Positions 11,901-25,200 of a stretch of 64,000 bases of DNA are shown in pieces (within the stretch, counting starts at the first letter, position 1; each line of letters opens with the position of its first letter). Below the pieces are notes generated by a model that ran no database searches, had not been told where the DNA came from, and was given only the letters and a program-made list of their open reading frames with translations. Made by a program: the position numbers and the translations under genes. Source of the stretch: Octopus sinensis (Eukaryota). The stretch lies in assembly GCF_006345805.1 (NCBI RefSeq), contig NC_043012.1, positions 56,916,001 through 56,980,000 of the forward strand. Direction: 5' to 3'.

Positions 11901-14900
11901 CTTGTTACTACGTCATCATTCTTACTATAACATCTGGTCTTTCTATGTTGGCATGGGTTGAATAGCTTTTCACAAATGTATTACCATCGTTTTCAGTTCT
12001 GCTTCCTCACATGCCTGGAGTTCAGTGTCCTCAGACCAGGCTTCACTACTTCTCCTTAATCTGTATTTAATATCAGCTTTAATAGCATTTTATAATCTTA
12101 TATAGATAAATATTGTATTTCGTATTGATTTCATCAGTCTTAGAGGTTTTGCAAAACTTGAGTACAAACCACAATTTTCTCCATCAAAAAAGAGAAAGAA
12201 AAAAAAAATTCAATTTTGCAGTTGAGCTTTATAGTTTTTTTATATATTTTTCTTCATCTCTTCTTTTCCCTCTAAATTATTCCTTCACCAATAAGTAATG
12301 GATGCTGCTTTTATCACCTGCTGGTGATTTAACCCTAAACCAGCTATCATCCAGCCAAAATATTTCACTCGTTTTATGCATAAAGTGGCCAGATCTGGCT
12401 TCTCACACCAACTCTACAATATCATTCTTAAAATTAACAGCTCTCAAAATCTCAAAGCTACAAAATAATGCATGATTAATTCAAAACAATATGGAATAAA
12501 TTAACATTACTTTTTGACAGAATAATGTAAATGCTAAAGAGTTAAAATGAATTTAAGTTAGAGAACTCTCAGTTCCTTGAATGATAGTAGAATTTTTAGT
12601 TTCATCATTGCTTCATTAATTCAGTCATCAGAGAACTGTTTGGTTTTGAGACTTAATAACCTTAACAGTAAAAATTCCTCAAAGAGGTTACACATACTGC
12701 TTTCAATGGTGTTGGTACTGTTTTGATTTGTTGGATATTTAAAATCACACTTTACTGTACTGCATCTATATGCATCTTTGCCTGCATTTTATTAAAGAAA
12801 AAAACTGAGTAGAGATGTATATACCTAAATTGATATATTGGATTGGATTGCCCATGTTTTAGTCCACTGCAGGGCGAAGACCTCAGCATGTTCTCTCCAT
12901 CAACCACAGTCTGATGTAGACGCCATGAATTTGATCTTAAGATCATGCTGGTTAGATGAGCCCACTCTGTCACACTGGCTTAACATGGCTTGGCAGAGGG
13001 GTGAAGTTTTTATGCCCTTATCCAAGGGTAGTTAAGTCAATTACATCAACTCTGAAAGGATGAAAAACAAAGTTGTATATGTAGTTAGATTACATAGATT
13101 ATATAAATATTCAAAGAAATATGTGTAAATAAATGATACAAGAATATATTAGGAAAGCTTACAAGTAATATTGTTTTGAAAATAATACTTTGGCAATGAA
13201 GTTTTCTTGGGTTTATGGAGTTAGTAAAATTTATTTCCCTATCAAAGTAGAAACACTTATTTTTAATGATGATTTTATGCTGTATAAATTATAAAAAACT
13301 CCTGAAAAACAGTACTGAAAAAATAAGATCTATATCATCATCATCATCAATTAGTGTTCATTATTCCATGCTTGCATGGGTTAGACGGAGTTTATTGAGG
13401 TAGATTTTCTACTTGTAGAAGCCTTTCTTGTCACCAACCTTCACCTCTTCCCAAACAAAGTAATATTTTCTCCTGGCCAGACATGTTTTTCCACAGAAGA
13501 TTGGAGACGGACAACATTGTTTGTCTGATGATGATCATCATTTACAACCATCGTGTGATGTCAAGACAAGACTGCAGTTACACACAAATGCACACCTGTA
13601 TACATAGATACACATACATGATGGGCTTTTTCAGTTTCCATCTACCATATCCTCTCACAAGGCTTTGGTTGGCCTGCATGTATGGTAGAAGACACTATCC
13701 AAGGCGCCACACAGTGAGACTGAACCCAAGATTCAATGGTCGGAAAGCAAGCTTCTTAGCCACACTGCTACACCTGTGCCTACACTTCCACACCTGTTGA
13801 CACAATTATTTGCTAGCCGTTTTTACACTCCATAAAGTGTTGGTAAATGAATATAGATAGTGGAAAGGAGAGAGAACTAAACAATCTCTTGAATACTTGC
13901 GTAACATTAAGATCTTGCAGTTTTTAAAATCATGCCAAAATGGAATATAGGAACGAGGTATGGTTCCCACTCATCTAGGAGAGCTGTGAGAACTGGCTTA
14001 GACCATGACAATCGTTCAACCAATGCCAGCATAGAAAAGCAGACTAAAATGAATAGAACAAAAGCTTTATTCTTGTACAGATTAGTTTAGTTATTTAATA
14101 GTTATTAAAGCTTTTCTTTCAAACAAAATAATTAAAACACCTTTTTTGTTTATTCATGTAAGGACTTTCTTTTCCTTTGTTTTCTTATATTTGAGATGTT
14201 TGTTTTTTTGCAGAGTATGAAGATCAGTATACGAAAGAAGAATGGGATGAGATTTTCCAGGAGGCTTTAAAGGAAGCTGAAGCAATGCCACTCCCTGTTG
14301 ATATATTCAAGGTGAGATTCTAACATTGTAATAATCTTTAATTTGTTGGCTCCCACATGACCCACCAAAGGGTCATGGTGATATGTTTGCAAAACCCACA
14401 TTAATTTCCTGTAGGATGTCCCATTATTTCTCTTCTACAACCTTTTGGGAGCTGGCACACTAAAGTTGCTTAAGTATGTGACTGTGGTACTCTAGAACAT
14501 TTCTTTTCTATATTATATAAATCTTTTCATTTTCCCTTTTTTTTAAAAAATTTATTTTACATTTATATCCCATGCTGGTGGCATGTAAAAAGCACTTTCC
14601 GAACATGGTCGATGCCAGTGCCCCTTGACTGGCTCCTGTGCCAGTGGTATATAAAAAGCACCATCTGAACATGGTCGATGCTAGTACCCCGTGACTGGCT
14701 CACATGCCGGTGGCATGTAAAATGCACCCACTACACTTTGGGAATGGTTGGCATTAGGAAGGGCATCCAGCTGTAGAAACCAAGCCAAAATCAGACTGGA
14801 GCCTGGTGCAGCCCACTGGCTTGCCAGTCCTCAGTCAAACTGTCCAACCCATGCCAGTTTGGAAAACGGACGTTAAACGATAATGATGATGATCTAGGGC

Positions 14901-17900
14901 GGCGAGCTGGCAGAACCGTTAACACGCCGGGCGAAATGCGTAGCTGTATTCCGTCTGCCACTACGTTCTGAGTTCAAATTCTGCCGAGGTCGACTTTGCC
15001 TTTCATCCTTTCGGGGTCGATAAATTAAGTACCAGTTACACACTGGGGTCGATGTAATCGACTCAATCCCTTTGTCTGTCCCCTCTGTGTTTAGCCCCTT
15101 GTGGGTAGTAAAGAAACAGATAATGATGATGATCATCATTGTGCTAAGTGAGTTTCACCATGTCAGGAGATAAAATAAAAGACTGAGTAAACACTATATA
15201 ATTAGGAAAACAGAAGGTCCTCCATGATCCACTGGTGGTTTGTGTGTAAAAACCACTACGATTCTTGTTTCACATATAATCATTTTTACTATATATTTTT
15301 ACTTGAGTGAGGCAAGGCTGGTTGATTATATTGACCCCTCCAGTACTTGACTTATTTCATTGACCCTGAAAGGTTGAAAGGCTAAGTTGAACTCGGCGGC
15401 ATTTGAACTCTGACCATAAAACCAAAAGAAATGCTGCTAAGCATTTTGTTTGGCTCAGTAATGATTCTGCCAGCTCGCTGTCTTTCTTGGTTTAGATATA
15501 ATACAGTGACAAAATAACAGTATGGCATTCATATTAAAATTAAGATGTCGCACTGGAATCTTGGGGCAAAATGAAAAATGAGGCCCAGGAGCCAAGATGT
15601 TAACATGATATGATTATTACTGGAGAGACTTATAAAGGAAGTTAGAAAGAAAAAAAGGGGTACTGTCTTTCTCTTTTACTGGTTTCAGTCATTTGACTGT
15701 GGCCATGCTGGAGCACTGCCTGTAGTCGAGCACATCGACCCCAGGACTTATTCTTTGTAAACCTAGTACTTATTCTATCGGTCTCTTTTGCTGAACCGCT
15801 AAGTTACGGGGTACATAAACACACCAGCATCGTTTGTCAAGCGATGTTGAGGGGACAAACACAGACACACACGCATATACATACAATGGGCTTCTTTCAG
15901 TTTCAGTCTACCAAATCCACTCACAAGGCTTTGGTTGGCCTGAGGCTATAGTAGAAGACACTTGCCCAAGGTGCCATGAACCTGGAACGAAGCTACTTAC
16001 CAAACAGCCACTCCTACGCCTGTGTAGAAAATGTTTTAAGTTGTTGTTTAGCCCCAGGTTATTTCTAATCCTGGATGCCTATAATCAAAGGTGTTCCAGC
16101 TAGAACCATCCTGTCTGTTTTTTTTTAATCCACTCCATCCTGATGCAGTGTTCCTAGAATTACATTAAGATTAAGCAGTGTGTCCTTTCTTTGTAAGCTG
16201 GTAGGTTTAACTTTCTATCTGTTGCTAGGACTCTAAGTTTAGTAGACTGGAACAATATGAAATGAAGTGTTTTGCTCAAGAATACAACCCACCACCCAGT
16301 CTTGGAATTGAAACTACAATCTTATGATCATGAGTGCAACACCTTAACCACTAAGCTGCACACTATCATGTGGGATAATAGCTCATAGAAAAACAAACCT
16401 TTCTAGGTAAGTTAATGAGGAAGTTCTTCATAGTAATTTGACCTACCAGAAATAGTTACCAAATCTTGCAAATAATACTGTCATACTAAAAGAAATGACA
16501 CACCTGGTATAGTAATAGATATACAAAACAGATTATGTAGTGATAGCTGGAACAGCAATAGTAGTTTTGTTTTTGTACTTGGTTTGCAAGATCCTGGATG
16601 TGAACTCGTGTGAAACAGACCTGGAATAGAAAGAGCATGTCACTCATGAAATTTCAAATGGCGATGAATGGACTTTGAGAAATGCATCTCATTGACTGAC
16701 TGACTGACTAATCAAACAATATAAATATAAGAAGTGAAATAGAACCAGTACATGTGCTTATTAGTGGCATAATGACCCTCCCAAGATTCAACAAAATAAT
16801 AGTAATAATTCTAGACCTGCAGTAAAAATAAGAAACCTTTTTTTGCTTTAAGAAAAAAACTTATTTCTTTGTTCTTTTTTTTAAATGTCTTAAAATATAT
16901 TTTCTTTTACCAGGATCAGATTGAAATCCGCAGGCATAATTTCAAAGCTGGATGGAAGCTTGAGGCTGTGAACCCAGTGACAAAGAACGAAATTTGTCCT
17001 GCTACTGTAATTGATGTTGTTGATGATAAATACTTCATTGTCGAAATTGATGATGTTCGACCCCTTAATGAACGTTCATACATCCGATTTGGTTGCCACA
17101 TCGACTCACCTGGTATCTTTCCTGCTATGTGGTGCAGGAGGAAGGGAATTCATTTGAAAAAACCAGCAGGTTAAACATTTATAAACTTTCTCATACTTTC
17201 TCAAAAATTTGTTATTCAGGCATGGCTGTGTGGTGAGAAGCTTGCTTCCCAATCACATGGTTCCAGGTTCTGTCCCACTGTGTGGCACCTTGGGCAAGTG
17301 TCTTCTACTATAACCTCAGGCCAACCACAGCCTTGTGAGTGGATTTGGTAGATAGAAACTGAAAGAAGCCCATCATGTGTGTGTATATATATATATATTA
17401 TATATATATATATATATATAATATATATATATATTATGTGTGTCTATATTTATGTGTGTATTTGTGTCTGTTATCCCTTCACCATCACTTGACAACAGAT
17501 CTTGGTGTGTCTACGTCCCTGTAACTTAGCAGTTTGGCAAAAGAGACTGATAGAATAAGTACTAGGCTTACAGAGAGCATAAATCCTGGGGTCGATTTGT
17601 TCGACTAAAACCCTTTAAGGCAGTGCTCCAGCATGGCCGCAGTCAAATGACTGAAACAGGTAAAAGAATATTAATAGCATCTTCCTTTCAGTGAAGGTGC
17701 CTGGTTTAGTGGTTAAAGGGTATTCAGCTAATGGCTGTAAGATCAGGAGTTCGATTCCCAGTGGTGCATTATGTCTTTGAGCAAAACACTTAATGCCCTG
17801 TTGCTCCAGTCCACTCAGCTGGCAAAAATGAAGGAGCATCATGAGACCACTGCTGAGATGCTTCCAACAAATGAAAAAGAAAAGCTGTTAGAAAACCGAT

Positions 17901-20900
17901 TATAGCAGCGACTCCATCTAAGAATATCTGAAGAAGGAATATTATTCTGAAATATATAAGACTATGGATGACTAAATTACAGCAGGTATAGGTCCCATTG
18001 TCTGTATTATAGTGCATTGTTGCACCATTCAAAACTTTTTATTCTTTACAAACAATACACAATGGTTCAAGTGAACTACAATACTCTCCTGTATTTCAAA
18101 GGGCCAACTTTGTCCCATTCTATCTTACATTAGATCTCCTTGAGAACTATGTTAAGGGTACACATGTTTATTAAGTTCTTGGCCATTTGCATGTTAATTC
18201 CATGAGCAGGTTGTTCCGTTGATCCAATCAACTGGAGCACTCGTTGCCATAACCAGCTGTCTGCTAATTTTGCTTTTAGTTTTTTTTTTTAGTTTTATTT
18301 TATCTTCCTTTCAATCAGATTTTTTAAAAATTTTAAATTCAATTAATTGATGCATAAATTAATAATGGATTAATTAATTTGTTGCGGAAGTAATTTTGTC
18401 ATGTGAAAGTATTGTTTCAAAGCAGTTGTGAAAGTATGGTAATTTAGTGTTTCTAAGTATGGTAATTTTTATGTTGTACATTCTGCAAGGCAGCTAAAAG
18501 CAATAATAATAATAATGAAGAAAAAGAAAGATCTATAGTTAGATTGTTGTAGAAATCAGTCCTGTGGGGAAAAGAACATGGAAGGCTAGTGGATGGTATG
18601 ACTTGGCATGCCATCTAAGTGTGGATGGATGTTGTAGTAAATTATTTATTGGCATGTCATATATCTGTGATTAAATTATTAGTGACAGTCATGTAACGTT
18701 TCTAAGAAACCTTGCACATTATTGCATTCTTGTAGTGCTGTAAATGCTAGATTACTAAAAGCATAAAGTGATCTCGTATCACAAGAGATGAAACTTTAGT
18801 AACAAGCAAGATGTGAGGTGTTAACCAGTACCAGCATGGAAGGCAGACATTAAATGATGATGATTAGCATGTTTCTCTATATTCTCTTTTTTTTTCCAAA
18901 TAAGGTATTTTATACTTTGTTGGTCTTCACATACTGAAATAATAAAACCAATCAATGATGGATATTTTATAGTAGACAGAAAGTAAATGTCACTATTGTT
19001 TAAATGGTGTCAATGTGAAGACAAGTAGAAACCCTTCTCTCTCTCTCTCTCTCTCTCTCATGCTTTTGTACATTTCCTGTCTTCTAAATTTCACTCACAA
19101 GGCATTGATTGGTCCATCTGAGGTTATAGTTGAAGACCCTTGCCCTAGGTGCTACACTGTGGGATGGAACCTGAACCCACATGTTTGTGAAGTGAACTTA
19201 ACCACACAGGCATGCCTGCATGTGTATGTGTGTGTGAGAGATTGGTTTCGGCCAGAGGCTGTGGTCATGATGAGGCACTGCTGTGTGTGTATATATACAC
19301 ACACACAAACGTGTATATATTTGCAGGCATGCATGGCTGTGTGGTTAAAAAGTTCATGTCACAATGTGCATGAACTTGGTATTGGAAGTTGGACAAGTAT
19401 AGTGGACAGGACAAATTTTGGTAAAGACTCCTGTTTCTATCTCTGTCACCTTCTTAACCTCTCATCACCTGGTACAAGGCCACCTCCTCCAATGACCCCT
19501 CCTCTCTCAAAGGATCTTTGTCTTGCAAGTTACTTAATGACCCTGCCAGTGCTGGTGCATCCTGTTCACACTGTAAAGTAGTTGGTGTATGGAAGGTGAA
19601 TCAAGCTGTAAAAATCCTAATAAAACAGATAATGAAGCCTGGTGTGGTCTTCTGCCTAGCTACCACCTACCAAACCGTCCAACCCATATCAGCATGGAAA
19701 ACGGATGTTAAATGATGATGATGATAATATATTGTTTGCTTGTTCCTCCTTGAGCCATCCTTTGCTCATAAGGGCAGGTTTCCCGGTTTCCTTGGCATAT
19801 AGGTTAACGTGTTATTAGAAATGGTTTCTTTGGCTGGAAGAATTTGAGGCCCAATGATCACTTTGAATCCATGAATATTTTTCATTTATTAGAGTGCAAT
19901 ATATTGAATTATAATCTGAATCAAAATTTACTCATCAAAAGAAATATATCTAAATTCAGTGCATTTGTATTTTATAGTTAAATATTTCAGTTTATGTATT
20001 GTTTTCACAGCTTCATTGGTAAATAGCTGTTGGACTATCTGTGTAAAGAAGCTGCTTCTGAAGTTGTAAGACCACCTCGGTCCATTGTTACTTTTCGAGT
20101 AGTCATCTCTGCTTGTCTAGCCTTTTTAGTTTATTAGATATTCCTTCTTCTAGAGTAATCTTATAAGCAAAGCATCAGTGATGGTTCTCTAAACATTTTG
20201 TACACATTGTCACTTAATATGGCTCATTCCACTAATAGCTTTCTTTCTTCTCTACAGGTTGGGACGGAGAGTTTGATTGGGCAGAATACCTTTCCAATAT
20301 AGATCGTAAAGCTGCTCCTCGCAATTGCTTTGGATCAGTTTGCATGGTAAAGTACTTCTTAACCCCTTTTCTACCCTTTTTTGTTTTTACTCTTTTCAGC
20401 AAATGGACAGCAGCTGTGCTGCCGCACCAAATTCAAAGATCAATCATATAAATGTCAGTACTTGTTTTTTTGATTTCTATTTGTCAAACTGCTATGTTAC
20501 AAGACATAAGGGAACAATATGATTTTTAAGCATAGTAAAAAACACACACACACACACACACAGACATATTGTGGGTTTTTGCACAGTTTCCTTTTACCAA
20601 ATTTTACTCACACGACATTACTCACAACCCATGTCTAGCTTGGAAGATGGTTACCCAAGGTACTGTGTTGTGAGATACAACTTGGGACCTTGTTGTGGTG
20701 AAGTGAACATCATACAGTCTTACCCAAGGTACTGTGTTGTGGGATAGAACTTGGGACCTTGTTGTGGTGAAGCGAACATCATACCATACAGCCTTACCCA
20801 AGGTACTGTGTTGTGAGATAGAACTTGGGACCTTGTTGTGGTGAAGTGAACATCATAAAATACAGCCTTACCCAAGGTATGGTGTTGTGGGATAGAACTT

Positions 20901-21761
20901 GGGACCTTGTTGTGGTGAAGTGAACATCATACAGCCTTACCCAAGGTACTGTGTTGTGGGATAGAACTTGGGACCTTGTTGTGGTGAAGTGAACATCATA
21001 ACATGCAGCCTTACCCAAGGTACTGTGTTGTGGGATAGAACTTGGGACCTTGTTGTGGTGAAGTGAACATCATAACTTGCAGCCTTACATCTGCATAGTT
21101 CTCTGTTATTGTTGGCTACAGAAATATATCCTCTAGGAGCCATGCAGTGGGACTGAACCTGGAACCATGTGGTTTGGAAGCAAACTTCTTACCACACAGT
21201 CATGCCTTTTTGTAGTTTTTTTTTGGATGAAAACAGAAGCTTGGTGGCATAAAAAATGCCTGGATATATTAGATGCACACAATTTCAGCAGTGCATATTC
21301 AGGAAAAAAGAGTTTTTACTGCATTAAAGCTTGTGGGGGAAACCCAGCTTTGTATATAGTTGCCAAGGTATTTTTTTTAAATCTATTTTTGGAAAAAAAA
21401 GCCTATCCTATATGCCATCAAATGCAGTGTTAGATAAGATGTATTAGACTCTGTCAGAGCTAATCTCTCCCATTTTTATTTGAGTGGGTCTGTGTACCTC
21501 ACTGATTTACCCAATTGAAGTCAGTTGTGTGTGTGTGTTTGTGTGAAGCTCACCTGATCATTGCAGTGGGGTGCAACTTGAGTTATGAGAAAAAGAATTT
21601 AAATTTAAACAAACACAATATCCATTATGCCATGCACTGATTTTACAATGAGAAACTGTAGCATAATAATGCATGCTGGACAGTTTTGATCAAAAGCTGG
21701 TTTATCAGTTTTCTTGGTAACAGGCATCACCAAAAGATATGCACATATGTGATTGTGTGTG

Positions 21762-21804
<43 letters not shown>

Positions 21805-22192
21805 TTGGACGTGGGCGATCATTGTATTCTTTCTCGTCTTGAGGTTCACAGCCAAACGGTTGGGTGGATTCACATGAAAAATGGCACACAGGTGGAGACG
21901 GGTCCATAGATTGGAATGCAGTTTGTATTTTTTTCATAACCCCCATACTTACCGGGAAACTTGTTTAAAACTCTTTCTAATGGAATTTCCCTCTTTCTTC
22001 TGTCATTAAAACAACCAGTTACTTAGAAGCTGTTTTCTGACGGGGTGGGGTCAGGAAATTTTCGTATAGTTGGAGGAAACAGGGGACCTGAAATGATAAG
22101 GTTGACAAACACTGTTATAGATAATGCCTAACCGAAAACGATCACAGCCACATCATCCAAACAGACCGGGTGAAACCGGGCTTAGCTGCTAG

Positions 22193-22223
<31 letters not shown>

Positions 22224-25200
22224 TATATTAAAAGAATGGGCTTTCTCATGGTCTTCCTATCATATTCCTCTCACAAGATATTGATTTACTTGTCATTATG
22301 GTACAAGATACTTGCCCAAGATGCCATGCAGTGGAATCTAACCCCAGAACCATGTGATTACAAAGCAAAGCGATCTTAACCACATAGCCATTTCTGTGCC
22401 CATGTGTGTGTGTATGAATATATGTATGCATATATATATTTTGTATAGTACAGTGCAGACAAGAAGGTAATGTGTTAGGACTACATTATCCAATTTAGTC
22501 TTCCTTCTTCTTTAGCTAGTTCAGTTTGATTTGAGAAAGCTGTGTCTGCTTTTTATTGCAAGTTCAGTGATCATGCTGAAGCTCCCTATTGTTGTTTAGC
22601 CCCAGACCTTAGGATCAAAAGCATTCCAGCTGTAACTATCCTGTCATTTGATATACATTTAACCCTTTTGATACCAACCCGGCTGAAATCTCCTCTAGCT
22701 CTGTAGTACAAATGTCTTGTTTTCATAAGTTTTGAACTCAAATCTTCCACCAAATCTTAGTCACAATTTATGTTCCTAACACTAGCTTAACCCTTTTGTT
22801 ACTAACCTGGCCAAAACTGGCTCTGGCTCTGTGGTAAAATGTCTTGCTTTCAGAAGTTTTGAATTAAAATATTCCACCAAGCCTTAGTCACAATTTACAT
22901 TCCTAACACTAGCTTAATGATAACTAAGTTATTTTACTAAATTCTTTGTTATATTCAAAATAATTGAAAGAAACACAGAGCATCTCAAAATAAATACAGT
23001 AACGAAAGGGTTAAGGATTACATTATCCAATGCCTCTTTTTTTTTTTTTTTTTTTCAAGACAGTATAAGTGTGATTTGAGCTGAATTGGGCTGCTTTTAC
23101 TAGCAGGTTGGGCAACTGCATAGAGACAGCCTTGCTGAAAATCATTGAAGTAGAAATCTAAATTATAGATTCTTCTTTCTTTATTACCCACAAGGGGCTA
23201 AACATAGAGGGGACAAACAAGGACAGACAAAGGGATTAAGTTGATTACATCGACCCCAATGCGTAACTGGTACTTAATTTATCGACCCTGAAAGAATGAA
23301 AGCCAAAGTCAACCTTGGCGGAATTTGAACACAGAACATAATGGCAGGCGAAAAACAGCTAAGCATTTTGTCCGGAGTGCTAACGTTTCTGCCAACTTGC
23401 CGCTAAATTATAGATTCTGAATATTCTATTGCAAATCTTGTCTAAATTCAATAATTTATGTTATGAAAATGCAGGCACAGGCATAGATGTGTGGTTAAGA
23501 AGCTTGCTTTGCAATCACATGGGTTTGGGTTCAGTCCTGCTGCACAGCATCTTGGGTAAATATTTTCTATCATAGCCCTAGTGTAAGTGAATTTGGTAGA
23601 CAGAAACTGTGTGGTAGCTTATATACAAACAAATGTGCATGTGTGTGTGTCTGTCACTCCTGCACTGATTGGCAACTGGTGTTGGTTTGTTTGCATTCCT
23701 GTAACATTGTGGTTTGGCAAAAGAGACCAATAGAATATGTATCAATTTAAAATAAAATAAATGCTGTTCTTCACTCCTGCTCCAGAGCGTCGGCTGTGGG
23801 GTCACTCCAAAAAGCTCTATCTGCGACGATTTCATCTCAATCGAAGGAGAAGGGCTTTCTCCATCCGGGTTGCGGATCCGTGGAATAAGCTGCCGGACGA
23901 GATAGTGAAGATGCCGACGACCGCTCGGTTCAAAGTCTCTCTTGACCAGAAATGGTCTGAACTCTTTGCATGAACATTCTCCCTGTACATAACTCCATGT
24001 CCCCCTACATGGCCTTGCTTTTTGCTTTTTGAGCCAAAAAATTAACTTAACTTAAATACTGGGGTATGATCTGTTTGAGTAAAAAATCTTTCAAAGTGGT
24101 GCCCCTGCATGGCTGTGTTGCAGTCCATTGGCTGAAGCAAGTAAAAGATAAATAATTGATTCTGAAAACTGTCTCCATTATTCTCTCATTTAACAAAAAA
24201 AAAAAAAACATCACCTTTATTTTTCTTTCTGTTTAGGATGTTCCTTACCATCAGTTCCAGCGTGGTCTGAAACTTGAGGCTGTAAATCCAGATAATAGCA
24301 ACCAGATATGTGCTGCTACTATTACAAAGATTGTTGACAGACTGATGTGGATCCACCTGGACAACAGTTCTAAAATGAAAGCGAGTTTTATTGAAGACAT
24401 CGACTCGCACAATCTTTTTCCAGTTGGCTGGTGTGAGAGCAACGGGTACCAGCTGAATCCTCCACGAAGAACTGGCTTTAGGCGACCTCACAAACAAGTT
24501 GCTGTTGTGCAACCTGAGTAAGTTGCTTTGCTTTTGCTTTCATAGTTTTTGATATGTGTTCAGAAGGGCATCCAACTGAGGAAACTGCACCAAAGTAGAT
24601 ACTGGAGCGTGATGCTATCCTTGGGCCCATCAAATCTTGTCAAGCCATCCAACCTGTGCCGTTTAATGTCCACTCTCGATGCTGGCATGAGTTGGATGGT
24701 TTGACATGGAGCTGGCTAGCAAGGGGAGCTGTCCAGGCTCCAGCTGTCTGTTGTGGCATGGTTTCTATGGCTCGATGCCCTTCCTAATGCCAAGCCCTTA
24801 GCATAGTGTGCTGGGTGCTTTTGTTATGTGTCACCGGTACTGTGTTTGCAGCACTAGCACAGGTACTTTTTAAGTGGCACCGACACCTGAAAGGAGAAGT
24901 CTATATGTGTGAAAGACAGCAATTTTACTCAGCTTGATGTGTCTTCTCAAGTACAGCAAAAGATTATAAGGCTCTTTTTCTCTCTCCAACATCACTAGCT
25001 TTAGACCCTGTTACTCTCTCTGCTACCATTCTATCACAACTAAAAGACTATTTCTTTTGCTCCTCGCCCCCCATAATCATTGCATTCTTGCTCACAGAGA
25101 CTATGCTAAAACAGACATTGGTGCATAATGCAGTCTTCCGATTTATCATATCCTATGGAGCCATCCATCTCATGCTGGGATAGAAGACAGACATTGAATA

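Noticed and set aside
12110-12140. Minus-strand CTGATGA-AATCAATAC-GAAA
   Set aside because: No stem II or stem I pairing.
17928-17960. CTGAAGA-A-GGAAT(ATT)ATTCT-GAAA-TATATA
   Set aside because: Core and stem II are plausible but stem I does not pair; counted only as a possible decayed remnant.
20651-21088. CRISPR-like regular repeat array
   Set aside because: Units are contiguous with no unique spacers, the context is eukaryotic, and the unit derives from a SINE head.
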